The position numbers were made by a program, and so were the translations under genes. A DNA stretch of 64,000 nucleotides, taken from positions 2,048,001-2,112,000 of the forward strand of contig CBDETK010000013.1 in the NCBI GenBank assembly GCA_965242865.1, written 5' to 3'. The DNA comes from Candidatus Latescibacterota bacterium (GTDB lineage Bacteria > Latescibacterota > UBA2968 > UBA8231). Below the pieces are notes generated by a model. The model was not told where the DNA came from, made no database searches, and was given only the letters and a program-made list of their open reading frames with translations. Shown here one piece after another: positions 28,012 to 37,292 of the stretch. How positions within the stretch are numbered: the stretch's first letter is position 1; every line of letters starts with the position of its first letter.

Positions 28012-29046
28012 ATGCCCTCTTCCATGACCAGCCGCGAGCGCGTGCTCGCGGCCCTCGCCCGCGAGCCTGTGGACCGCACCCCGCTCTGCAACCCGACCTC
28101 GGTGGCCACCGTCGAATTGATGGACCTCGTCGCTGCCCCCTTTCCCGCAGCCAACCGCGAGCCCGAGCTCATGGCGCGGCTGGCCGCGACCAGCTACACC
28201 GAGTTGGGCTTTGACACCATCATGCCGGTCTTCACCATCATCCAAGAGTCCTCGGCCCTCGGCTGCAAAATTCAGTGGGAGCAGAAGGACAACTGGCCCA
28301 CCGTCCGCATGAGCGAGCCGATCTGGCACGAGCCCGACGACATCGTCGTCCCCGCCGACCTCTGCACCCACCCCGACACGGCCTGCGTCACCGAGGCGAT
28401 CAAAATTTTGCGCCGAGAATACGGCGACGAAGTCGCGATTGTCGGCAAGACCATGGGGCCTTGGTCGTTGGCCTATCACTGCTTCGGGGTTGAGCCTTTT
28501 CTGCTGCTGTCGCTCGACGACCCGGGCAAGACCAAGCTCTGCCTCGACCGCATGAAGGAGATTACCATTGAGTTCGGGCTCGCGCAGATCGAGGCCGGGG
28601 CCGACGCGCTGACCCTGCCCGACCACGCCACCGGCGACCTCGTCAGCGGCGACTACTACAAGCGCTACCTGCGCGACCTGCACATTGAGTTTGCCGAGCG
28701 GTTGTCCGTGCCCATCATCCTCCACATCTGCGGTCGCACGGTGGACCGCATGGAGTACATCGCCCAAACCGGCATGGCGGCCTTCCACTTCGACTCCAAG
28801 AACACGCCCGAGGAATCCACCCAAATCGTGCGCGATCGCATCTCATTAGTCGGCAACATCAACAACCCCGAGACCCTCTTTGCCAAAGGGCCGGAAGTCG
28901 TGGGGGCCGAAGTCCTGCGCAACCTCGAATCCGGCGTCCAACTCATCGGCCCGGAGTGCGCCATTCCCTTGCAGACCTCCATCGAAAACCTCAAGGCCAT
29001 CCCCCGCACGGTGCTCGAGTGGCATCGGGATCGAGCTCGCAACTAA
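28012..29046 (+). CDS. MtaA/CmuA (URO-D fold) corrinoid methyltransferase
   Basis: MTSRERVLAAL...VDRTP, GPWSLA, AQIEAGAD, ILHICG (Zn HxC), LVGNINNP, GPECAIP. Confidence 0.9.
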   Translation: MPSSMTSRERVLAALAREPVDRTPLCNPTSVATVELMDLVAAPFPAANREPELMARLAATSYTELGFDTIMPVFTIIQESSALGCKIQWEQKDNWPTVRMSEPIWHEPDDIVVPADLCTHPDTACVTEAIKILRREYGDEVAIVGKTMGPWSLAYHCFGVEPFLLLSLDDPGKTKLCLDRMKEITIEFGLAQIEAGADALTLPDHATGDLVSGDYYKRYLRDLHIEFAERLSVPIILHICGRTVDRMEYIAQTGMAAFHFDSKNTPEESTQIVRDRISLVGNINNPETLFAKGPEVVGAEVLRNLESGVQLIGPECAIPLQTSIENLKAIPRTVLEWHRDRARN

Positions 29047-29057
29047 AAGAAGAGATC

Positions 29058-29804
29058 ATGGCACACATTACCGACATCGCCAACGAATTTATCCGCGCCG
29101 AGATCGAAGAGTTCATCGAGCGCGCCGACGAGCGCGAGCGCATAACCAATCTGTTCGCCCAAGCCAGCAAACCGATGCAGGATATCGCCGCCGCCCTCAT
29201 CGACGGCAACCACCAAACGGTCGACGAGCTGACCGGCCAAGCCATCGCCGCGGGCGTGGAGGCCCTCGAAGTCATGGACGACGGGCTGATCGCCGGCATG
29301 GCCATCGTCGGCATCAAGTTCCGCGAAAACTTCATCTTCGTTCCCGAAGTGCTCGCCTGCGCCCGCGCCATGAAGGCCGGCATGGGCCACATTGAGCCGA
29401 TCCTGTCGGCCTCGGGCGTCGATCCCATCGGCATTGTGATCATGGGCACGGTCAAGGGCGATCTCCACGACATCGGCAAAAACTTGTGCATTATGATGCT
29501 GCGCGGGGCCGGCTTTGTCGTCCACGACTTAGGAGTAGATACCTCCGACGACGAGTTCATCGACGCGGTCGAAGAGCACGAAGCCCCGCTCTTGGGCATG
29601 TCGGCCCTGTTGACCACCACCATGCCCAACATGGGCAAGACCATCGAGGCCTTCATCGACGCCGACTTGCGCGACGACGTCAAAATCATGGTCGGCGGTG
29701 CCCCCGTGACCCAAGAATTTGCCGACGACATGGGCGCCGATGGCTACGGCAAGGACGCCCTCGCCTGCGTCGCCTTGGCCAAGGAATTGCTGGAGGAGCA
29801 GTGA
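29058..29804 (+). CDS. Corrinoid (B12-binding) protein, MtaC/MtbC-like
   Basis: FVPEVL, GTVKGDLHDIGKNL (DxHxxG), MSALLTTTM, MVGGAP; ATG 29058. Confidence 0.93.
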   Translation: MAHITDIANEFIRAEIEEFIERADERERITNLFAQASKPMQDIAAALIDGNHQTVDELTGQAIAAGVEALEVMDDGLIAGMAIVGIKFRENFIFVPEVLACARAMKAGMGHIEPILSASGVDPIGIVIMGTVKGDLHDIGKNLCIMMLRGAGFVVHDLGVDTSDDEFIDAVEEHEAPLLGMSALLTTTMPNMGKTIEAFIDADLRDDVKIMVGGAPVTQEFADDMGADGYGKDALACVALAKELLEEQ

Positions 29805-30072
29805 CGTGCAAATTGTCTTTCGGGCAGAGCAGAGTGATGCTCTCCAGCGGCACCGTGCCCTAGAAAGGGAGCTCATTTATATCCGTTGGAAATACGCAGG
29901 ATTGGAATCCGAGGAAGAGGAATCCGTCCTCAATGCCATGGAAGATATCTGGTACGAATTGAGTGAAGAAGAGCAGAACGAGCTCAACAGCGAAGGAACA
30001 CAGTCTCTCATGCGCGATAACGTGGCCTTGGCCAAGGAACTGCTGGAGGAGCAGTGACGTGCAAATTGTCTT
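29768..30072 (+). repeat. 52-bp direct repeat (2 mismatches) of the corrinoid gene 3' end plus the following RBS/GTG
   Basis: 29768-29819 and 30021-30072: CGT(C/G)GCCTTGGCCAAGGAA(T/C)TGCTGGAGGAGCAGTGACGTGCAAATTGTCTT. Confidence 0.95.
29806..30057 (+). CDS. Small acidic chimeric protein (83 aa)
   Basis: GTG inside repeat 1, preceded by GGAGGAG; ESEEEESVLNAMEDIWYELSEEEQNELN; ends with the copied VALAKELLEEQ*. Confidence 0.5.
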   Translation: MQIVFRAEQSDALQRHRALERELIYIRWKYAGLESEEEESVLNAMEDIWYELSEEEQNELNSEGTQSLMRDNVALAKELLEEQ

Positions 30073-30115
30073 GCAGCCGTACCACGATGACGAAAATAAG
30101 GAGGAAAACCAACAG

Positions 30116-32992
30116 ATGGCACGACCAGAGTATGTGACCTTTCGAGACCAACCTATGTGGGGGATTGCCCAAGTTCAGCAAGTTCAGAACGAAGGTAGCG
30201 GCCTCTTTGGACAGGAGCAGTGGCTTGCGGTTTCGGACATATCGCCGGTTGATCCGGAACATCGTCCGGCACGCATCCAAGTACCACAACAGTTTGTCGA
30301 AAAGGCCAAGCCAGAACCTTGGGATACCCCTGCGGCTCAGCTAGCCTGTGAGGGCATTGAGTCTGTCTTCAACTCCAAGGATCACTTCCTTCGCCTAGCG
30401 GCTTACTGGCTTCAGGCTGAGAACAAGTCAGGCCAGCTCGACAGCTTGCCTGTTCTCCAACTCCGTCACCAGACAAGTCTCGTTGAGTTCCTCAGTCGAT
30501 CTGACACACCGCGCCAAATGCTTATTGCGGACGAAGTCGGTCTCGGTAAGACGGTCGAGATGGGGCTCCTACTAGAACGCCTGAAGGCCGCGAAACCGAA
30601 TTTACGCGTTCTCTACGTCACTCCAGGAGGGTTAGTTACCAATGTCGTAGATGAGTTCAAGAACATGGGCTTAGGTGAGTTCTGGGTGTTCGGCAATAAT
30701 TCGCTGGATGAGGAGAAATACCCTCGAGCCCGACTCGGGCGAGAGAACCATGATCCATGTGTTGTTGCGTCTCTCCACCGGCTTGGATTTGGCCGAAACC
30801 CAGAAAGCCAACTTAGCGACACACAGTGGGATGTTGTAATCGCTGACGAGTGCCACCGCCTCAGAATGTATGGCACTGGTGATAGTCAGACAGCCCAGAA
30901 GTGGTTCCGACTTTTTGAACGGATCATCGCCCATCATCTCTCTGACGATGGGCGCGTCTATTTTTTATCGGGGACCCCGCATCAAGGCAATCGCGAAGTA
31001 TTCCTGAACATGATTTCTCTCATGTGCCGCCTTGGCCGTGGGGCGTCTCAACAGGAGCAGACGCAGGCACTCGCAGGGCGAGTTATATACCGAACCAAGG
31101 AGGAGGTACGCGATTGGGAAGACCTTCCAGTTTTTCCCCAGAGGAAAGTCCGGCTACCTAGTTATGCAGACAATCCTTCCGAGTACAACACTCTGTTGTC
31201 CGATATTGCTGCATTTTTTGATTGGGTCCAGAACAACGACCGTCTTGACAGTAGTAAGAAACGAGCACTCGGGTTCGTGAAGAGCCACGCACTTCAATAT
31301 GCAGCTAGTTCCCCTAAGGCTGGATTCGCCTTCTTACTTCGCCGCTACTTACGCCACTTCGACGATGATACGAATGAAAGGACACTACAGAAGTGGGTCT
31401 CGCTGTTGATTCCATATCGGCAGTGGTCCGCGAGACAAAAGCCTGAGCAGCTCCTAGAAGAACTTCGTAAATCGGTAAGAGAGGACGATTCGAGTTATGG
31501 AGAGGAAGAGGAAGACTTAGGTGACTCGGTTGGACCTTCCGGCACCTCTGAAATTCGACAGGAAGAGAAAAGGCGACTTTCGCAACTTCTCAGGAAGTAT
31601 GCTTCCTTGATGGTGTCACCGAAGGCGAAGGCGAAATTCGATGTTCTCACACAACTCTTGAAAGAAGATGAACCCTTTGTCGTGTTTGCACAGAGCGTGG
31701 ATACGGTTTTTGAGGTAAAGCGCCATGTGGAGCAACTCGGCATCCAGTGCTGTGTTATCGTTGGTGGACAAGATCCCTCAGAACGCAGGAAGGCGATAGA
31801 CGACTTCACAAATCCTGGGCGGCTTGGTCGTCGAGTTCTCGTGTCGAGTGCTGCTGGCGGAGAGGGAATCAATCTACAAATCGCTCGGCGCCTGATCCAT
31901 TTCGATTTGCCGTGGAACCCAATGGTACTGGAGCAGCGCATAGGACGCGTACATCGCATCGGCACGATCGACACCATCATCGTAGATACAATTTTACTGC
32001 GGGACTCCCGTGAGGCCGACATATATTGGCGTCTTACAGCTCGTCTTCTTCTTATCGTGAAAGACCTTGCGGAGAGCGAAACGCAGCGCGAACAGTATTT
32101 CCGCCGCATTATGGCGGGTATCCCTTTAGAGATACTACGGCATCTATTCAGCGGCCAGAGCGACGGCGATGATGCGGCTATCGGAGAAGCTGTTGAAGCA
32201 GGCAAGCAACATGTGGATCAAGTGGACGCTGAACTACGCCACAATAGAGTTACTATACCCCCCGACGAAAGAGGCAGGGCTTCGATGGAACATCTAGTTG
32301 CGCTGCTCGAAGATTCGGGTAAGATCACAAAGCTTAATAAGCCGGTGGACTACAATAAGGTACGATATGATTCCGATACTGATAGCTTCTTGGCAGAAAA
32401 AGGATATGCCAGTAGCTATCGAATCAATGATGGACAAAGGCAGGAGAGGAATAGTTGGGTCGTCTTTGACCGCGAAGCGGCGGCGCTGTCCCCCGACGTG
32501 AGTCGAGACCAAAGTGGCGGAATTAACCATCCAATAATCTCCATCGCGCTACAAACGCTACGAACTGCTCAGAACATTGAGGAACTGCCCAGACTTGCCT
32601 TCGGTTTGGGCACCTACAACAAGAAATATCTTGCCTATTTCTCAGACGGTGCTAATGAGCCGGTCGTATTGCTCAGTTACCTCGTTGCCCATCTGAGCGA
32701 CAAGCACTTCTTCAATCACGAACTTCGGCTGTTCGCCCTCTCGCCCTCCAATCCTCAACGAGAAGAACTCGATAGGGAACTTGTCGAAGACATTATCTGG
32801 ACGAACCTTAGGAAGGGTGATACGGAACTGGATAGTCCTGATTTGGCTCAGAGCTTCCTTAACGAGGTTTCTTCTCAGGATGCACAAATCCGAGAAGAAC
32901 TCAGCAGCAAGGTTAGGGATGAAGAAGGCCGTTGGCGCGGGGCAGTATGGCCCTTGGCTGCAACCATTCTGCTACCTGTGAATGAGAAGTGA
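30116..32992 (+). CDS. SNF2-family helicase/ATPase (RapA/DrmD-like)
   Basis: IADEVGLGKT, DECH, SGTPHQG, GGEGINLQ, FDLPWNPMVLEQRIGRVHRIG; visibly more A/T-ending codons than neighbours. Alternative in-frame GTG at 30059. Confidence 0.9.
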   Translation: MARPEYVTFRDQPMWGIAQVQQVQNEGSGLFGQEQWLAVSDISPVDPEHRPARIQVPQQFVEKAKPEPWDTPAAQLACEGIESVFNSKDHFLRLAAYWLQAENKSGQLDSLPVLQLRHQTSLVEFLSRSDTPRQMLIADEVGLGKTVEMGLLLERLKAAKPNLRVLYVTPGGLVTNVVDEFKNMGLGEFWVFGNNSLDEEKYPRARLGRENHDPCVVASLHRLGFGRNPESQLSDTQWDVVIADECHRLRMYGTGDSQTAQKWFRLFERIIAHHLSDDGRVYFLSGTPHQGNREVFLNMISLMCRLGRGASQQEQTQALAGRVIYRTKEEVRDWEDLPVFPQRKVRLPSYADNPSEYNTLLSDIAAFFDWVQNNDRLDSSKKRALGFVKSHALQYAASSPKAGFAFLLRRYLRHFDDDTNERTLQKWVSLLIPYRQWSARQKPEQLLEELRKSVREDDSSYGEEEEDLGDSVGPSGTSEIRQEEKRRLSQLLRKYASLMVSPKAKAKFDVLTQLLKEDEPFVVFAQSVDTVFEVKRHVEQLGIQCCVIVGGQDPSERRKAIDDFTNPGRLGRRVLVSSAAGGEGINLQIARRLIHFDLPWNPMVLEQRIGRVHRIGTIDTIIVDTILLRDSREADIYWRLTARLLLIVKDLAESETQREQYFRRIMAGIPLEILRHLFSGQSDGDDAAIGEAVEAGKQHVDQVDAELRHNRVTIPPDERGRASMEHLVALLEDSGKITKLNKPVDYNKVRYDSDTDSFLAEKGYASSYRINDGQRQERNSWVVFDREAAALSPDVSRDQSGGINHPIISIALQTLRTAQNIEELPRLAFGLGTYNKKYLAYFSDGANEPVVLLSYLVAHLSDKHFFNHELRLFALSPSNPQREELDRELVEDIIWTNLRKGDTELDSPDLAQSFLNEVSSQDAQIREELSSKVRDEEGRWRGAVWPLAATILLPVNEK

Positions 32993-33007
32993 AGCTCTCC
33001 AGCGACT

Positions 33008-33109
33008 ATAATAAAAACATTCGCCGATGGAGAAACCCAACGGGTCTATACAGAAGGACAATCCAGACGTTTACCACCCGATCTAATTCAAAGAGCCGTG
33101 AGGCGATTA
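33008..33109 (+). pseudogene. higB: N-terminal half of HigB (RelE-family) toxin, start codon ATA
   Basis: IIKTFADGETQRVYTEGQSRRLPPDLIQRAVRRL is a typical HigB N-terminus; in frame with the downstream ORF. Confidence 0.7.
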
Positions 33110-33139
33110 GGCCAGACCTTGTATCGAGGTGCAGGAAAA

Positions 33140-33778
33140 ATGAATGTTCGCGATTCCCACAATAAGGCTATGGAGTTTGCCGAACGCGCCTTTATGGTAC
33201 GTGTGCAAGGCAACACAGAAGAATCTATCAAACTCTTCGAGAAAGCATTGGAGAATGAACTTGCGGCGATCTCCCAATTAGAAGTAGAGGGGCGCATCGA
33301 GCCGACGAACTCGGTATTACACCGCAGTGCTGCGACGCTTGCATTAGACTGCAACCAGCCACGGAAGGCCGAGCAAATCGCAACTAAAGCACTCGCCCAA
33401 GATCCACCCCAAGAGATCGCAGACGAATTACGTGAGCTTCTACATCGAATATTCTCGTTCTTAAAAGATCAAAAACGCACCATCCCGCCCACGCATCCTG
33501 GGGCGATGCTAAGAGAAGATTTTCTCCCCGACTACGCACTGACGGCCGACTCGTTGGCCGATGAGTTGGGCGAATCTCGACAGACCATCCATGAACTCTT
33601 GCGAGAGCAGGGCGCTATTTCGTCCATCATGGCCCTAAAACTATCCCGTTTATTCGGGAACTCTCCTGAGTTTTGGCTGAACGCCCAACACGCCAGAGAT
33701 ATTTGGGAGTTGGAGCAGCAATATCGAGACGAATTGGCCCAGATCGAGCCCTTGCCACTGTACGCTTCTGAGCGATAA
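33140..33778 (+). CDS. higA: TPR-like helical domain fused to HigA antitoxin (Xre HTH)
   Basis: HNKAMEFAERA...EPTNSVLHRSAATLALDC...EIADELRELL, then PPTHPGAMLREDFL...LSRLFGNSPEFWLNAQ. Confidence 0.8.
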   Translation: MNVRDSHNKAMEFAERAFMVRVQGNTEESIKLFEKALENELAAISQLEVEGRIEPTNSVLHRSAATLALDCNQPRKAEQIATKALAQDPPQEIADELRELLHRIFSFLKDQKRTIPPTHPGAMLREDFLPDYALTADSLADELGESRQTIHELLREQGAISSIMALKLSRLFGNSPEFWLNAQHARDIWELEQQYRDELAQIEPLPLYASER

Positions 33779-33789
33779 CGACGCCTTCC

Positions 33790-35664
33790 ATGACCCAAAT
33801 CGACCCCCAAGAGTACCAAAAGCGTCTCGACCGCCTGTCGGGCATTCTCGCGGGCATCGCCACCCATGCCGACGAACAGGCGACCTTCCGCTGCCCGTAC
33901 AAGAACCGCTTCGACCAATGCACCGCCCACTTCGGCTGCCGCAACCAACGCAAGCCGCAACAGCCGGGCGGGCTGTTCCAGTGCGGCAGCGACGACCAGC
34001 TCGACTATCGCTCGGCTTGGGAGTCGGAGCAACGCCCGGCCGCAACCGGCCGCGGTCAAATCCGCTGCAACGGCACCGCGTACCCGCTATCGACCGGCGG
34101 CACCCTCTTTGACTACGCCGACCAACTCGGCGCGCGCGTGCCCACCTCCTGCGGGCGCACGGGCCACTGCCACGAGTGCATCGTCGAAGTCACGAACGGG
34201 GCACAAGCCCTCAACGCGCCGACGCCGGCCGAGGACTTCCTCCGCGGCGAGTTCCGGCTCGCCTGCCAAGCCAAAGTCGCCGACGCCGATGTCGATATAG
34301 AGTTCGCCCCGCTTTTTCGCGCCCCCCGAATTCTGACTCAGACCGTCGACCGTCCCGCCGCGATCGACCCCGTAGTCCAGCGGCGCGGGCAAGCCATCTA
34401 CTACGGCGACGAGGAAATTGACCAATACCGCGGCCACCTCTACGGCCTCGCCATCGACTTGGGCACCACCACCATTGTCCTCGACTTAGTCGATCTAGAG
34501 ACGGGCGAGAGCGTGCATTTGAGCGCGTTTGAAAACCCCCAGCGCTTTGGCGGCAGCGACATCATGCACCGCATTTCCTACGACGGGCACCACCCCGGGG
34601 AATTGCGCCAAGCCTTGGTCAAGGCACTTAACCACGAGATCGAGGGCCTCTGCCGGCGCGGCCGCTTTGTGCGGCAGGAGATTTACGAGATCGCGGTCGC
34701 CGGCAACTCCACGATGCGCGACATCCTCTTCCGCCTCGATGTGCAGAGCATTGGCCAAAAGCCGTACAAATCGCGCATTGAGCACGAATACCTAAATGGC
34801 GAGCGCACCGCGACTAGCCTCGTCGAAAAGACCCGCCGCCTCGGGCTGAAGGCCAATCCCAAAGCGCGTGCGTACTCGTTGCCGCTCATCGCCAGCCACG
34901 TCGGCGCGGACGTGGCCGCCGATCTGGTCGCCGTTGGTATGGACCTTTCCAGCGCGAGCGCGATGCTGGTCGATGTGGGCACCAACACCGAAGTCGTCGT
35001 CGCGCACCAAGGCCGCCTCGTGGCGGCCTCTTGCCCGGCCGGGCCGGCCTTTGAGGGCGGCGGCATCACTTACGGGATGCCCGGGTGCGACGGCGCCATT
35101 GAATCCATCCGCTGGGACGGGGCGCACTGGCAGTGGAAAACCATCGGCAACACCGCGCCGGCCGGGCTGTGCGGCTCCGGGCTGATCGACCTGCTCGCCG
35201 AGTTGCGCCGCCACGACTTAATGACCCCCAAGGGCGTGTTCGCCGACAAAAAACGCCAGTTTGAGCTCGTCCCCGAGCGCGGCATCACCTTCTCGCGCCT
35301 CGACGCTTCAAACCTAGCCCAAGCCAAAGCCGCCAATTTCTGCGGCCAGTACATCGTCTTGCGGACCTTGGGCCTCGCGCCGGGCGACGTGCAACAGCTC
35401 TATCTCGCCGGCGGCTTTGCCAACTTCGTCGATGTCCAAGCCGCCATTGACATCGGCTTTTTGGCCCCCGTGCCTCCAGCGCGGATCGCCAAGGTGGGCA
35501 ATGCCGCCGTCCAAGGGGCGCGCGAAGTGCTGCTCTCGGCCGGCAAACGCGCCCGCATCGAAGCGCTGGCCAAGCGCATTGAGCACGTCGAGCTGGAGAC
35601 GACCCCCGACTTTTTTGAGCTCTTCGTCGAGGGCTGCCAATTCAAACCCATGCCCTCGGGCTGA
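33790..35664 (+). CDS. ASKHA-domain reductive activator of corrinoid proteins (RACo/DUF4445) with [2Fe-2S] domain
   Basis: CGRTGHCHEC...RLACQ; DLGTTT, AGNSTM, DVGTNTE, GPAFEGG, GLCGSG, LAGGF. Confidence 0.92.
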   Translation: MTQIDPQEYQKRLDRLSGILAGIATHADEQATFRCPYKNRFDQCTAHFGCRNQRKPQQPGGLFQCGSDDQLDYRSAWESEQRPAATGRGQIRCNGTAYPLSTGGTLFDYADQLGARVPTSCGRTGHCHECIVEVTNGAQALNAPTPAEDFLRGEFRLACQAKVADADVDIEFAPLFRAPRILTQTVDRPAAIDPVVQRRGQAIYYGDEEIDQYRGHLYGLAIDLGTTTIVLDLVDLETGESVHLSAFENPQRFGGSDIMHRISYDGHHPGELRQALVKALNHEIEGLCRRGRFVRQEIYEIAVAGNSTMRDILFRLDVQSIGQKPYKSRIEHEYLNGERTATSLVEKTRRLGLKANPKARAYSLPLIASHVGADVAADLVAVGMDLSSASAMLVDVGTNTEVVVAHQGRLVAASCPAGPAFEGGGITYGMPGCDGAIESIRWDGAHWQWKTIGNTAPAGLCGSGLIDLLAELRRHDLMTPKGVFADKKRQFELVPERGITFSRLDASNLAQAKAANFCGQYIVLRTLGLAPGDVQQLYLAGGFANFVDVQAAIDIGFLAPVPPARIAKVGNAAVQGAREVLLSAGKRARIEALAKRIEHVELETTPDFFELFVEGCQFKPMPSG

Positions 35665-35665
35665 C

Positions 35666-37225
35666 ATGCAGAAAACCGCCACCCTGCGCCATCTGCTCGA
35701 AGAGACCGACCGCTTCATCACCTGCGTCGAGCTGGTTACATCGCGGGGCACCTTAGCCGACCGCGGCGGCAAGCGCGTGCTGGAAATGGCCCGCTGCCTA
35801 GCGGCCGACCCGCGCATTGACGCGCTCTCAATTACCGACAATCCCGGCGGCAATCCCATGCTCGCCGCGGACGCGCTGGGAACTCCGCTCAAGGAGGGGG
35901 GCCAAGAGGTCATCATCCACCTGTCCTGCAAGGATTTCAACCGCAACGGGCTGCTGGGCCAAGCTTGGAAGTTGGCCAACGAGGGCTTCGACAATATCCT
36001 CACCCTGTCGGGCGATTACCCCATCGCCGGATATCAAGGCCAAGCGAGCGGCGTGTTCGACGTGGATTCCGTCGGCTTGTTGCAATTGCTCTCCGACATG
36101 AACGAGGGGCGTTTTGCGGAGGCCGCGCCGGGCCGCAAGCCGCGTCCGCTAAAACCCACCCGTTTTTATCTCGGTGCCGCAGTCAACAACCACAAGCGGC
36201 TCGAAGCCGAGGTTATGCCGCAGTATTTCAAGCTGGCCAAAAAGATCCGCACCGGCGCCCGCTTCATCATCAGCCAAATCGGCTACGACGCCCGCAAGCA
36301 GGACGAGCTGCTCAAGTACCTAACCCTGCACGATCTCCAAGTTCCGGTCATCGCCAATGTCTTTGTCTTGTCCGCGGGCGTGGCCCGATTTTTTCACGCC
36401 GGCCGCATCCCCGGCGTCGAAGTCACCGACGAGTTGCTCGCCCTCGCCCAGAAGCAAGCCGCGTCCCCAGATAAGGGCAAAGCCTTCTTCCTCGAATTCG
36501 CGGCCCGGCAGTGCGCCATTGCCCGGGGGCTGGGGTATCGCGGCGTGTACTTGGGGGGGCACATCAAGGCCGAGGAGTACGGCCGCATTTTGGAACGAGC
36601 CGCCCAGTACGCGGCCGACGACTGGCGCGATTTCGCCCGCCAGATTTGCTACTCGCGCCCGGGCGAGTTCTTCTATTTTGCCCAAGACCCAGACACCGGC
36701 CTCGCCTCCACCCAAGTCAACCCAGCCTATCTCGCCTCAAAGACCCCCAGTGGCCATCGCCGCGCTCCTCTGCCGTACCGGATCAATCGCCAGCTCCACG
36801 ACCGCGTCTTTGAGCCAAGCAAGGCCCTGTTTCGCCTCGGAGCGGCCCTGTCGCGCAAAATCGAGGGCGGGACCCTGCAAAAGCCCCTGCACGCCGCGGA
36901 ACACGCGCTCAAGATCGCCGCTTTTGACTGCCGCGACTGCGGCGACTGCTCGCTGCCGGACATCGCCTATTTGTGCCCGGAGTCGCAGTGCGTCAAAAAC
37001 CAGCGCAACGGCCCCTGCGGCGGTACGCGCCAAGGCCAGTGCGAAGTCGGCGACAAAGACTGCATCTGGGTGCGGGCGTACGACCGCCTCAAGGCGTATG
37101 GCGAAGAGGAACAGATGCTCGGCGACTCGGCTGTGATCAAGGACGCGGCCTTACAGGGCACCAGTGCTTGGGCCAACGCCTTTTTGCAAAGAGATCATCG
37201 CGGGAAGAAGAAGGACGCCGAGTAA
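35666..37225 (+). CDS. metF: Methylenetetrahydrofolate reductase with fused C-terminal MetV-like Cys-rich domain
   Basis: SITDNPGG, HLSCKDFNR, LSGDYP, DVDSVGLL, KKIRTGARFIISQ; CRDCGDC..CPESQCVKNQRNGPCGG..CEV..CIW. Confidence 0.88.
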   Translation: MQKTATLRHLLEETDRFITCVELVTSRGTLADRGGKRVLEMARCLAADPRIDALSITDNPGGNPMLAADALGTPLKEGGQEVIIHLSCKDFNRNGLLGQAWKLANEGFDNILTLSGDYPIAGYQGQASGVFDVDSVGLLQLLSDMNEGRFAEAAPGRKPRPLKPTRFYLGAAVNNHKRLEAEVMPQYFKLAKKIRTGARFIISQIGYDARKQDELLKYLTLHDLQVPVIANVFVLSAGVARFFHAGRIPGVEVTDELLALAQKQAASPDKGKAFFLEFAARQCAIARGLGYRGVYLGGHIKAEEYGRILERAAQYAADDWRDFARQICYSRPGEFFYFAQDPDTGLASTQVNPAYLASKTPSGHRRAPLPYRINRQLHDRVFEPSKALFRLGAALSRKIEGGTLQKPLHAAEHALKIAAFDCRDCGDCSLPDIAYLCPESQCVKNQRNGPCGGTRQGQCEVGDKDCIWVRAYDRLKAYGEEEQMLGDSAVIKDAALQGTSAWANAFLQRDHRGKKKDAE

Positions 37226-37292
37226 CGCCAAATTTTCGGCTCGCCCAAATGCCGATACCATACCCCGACATCCCGCCAAGACCGGGCCGCTG

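Noticed and set aside
29806-33778. Complete DISARM system
   Set aside because: Only the SNF2 gene is present; no DrmA/DrmB/DrmC or methylase adjacent.
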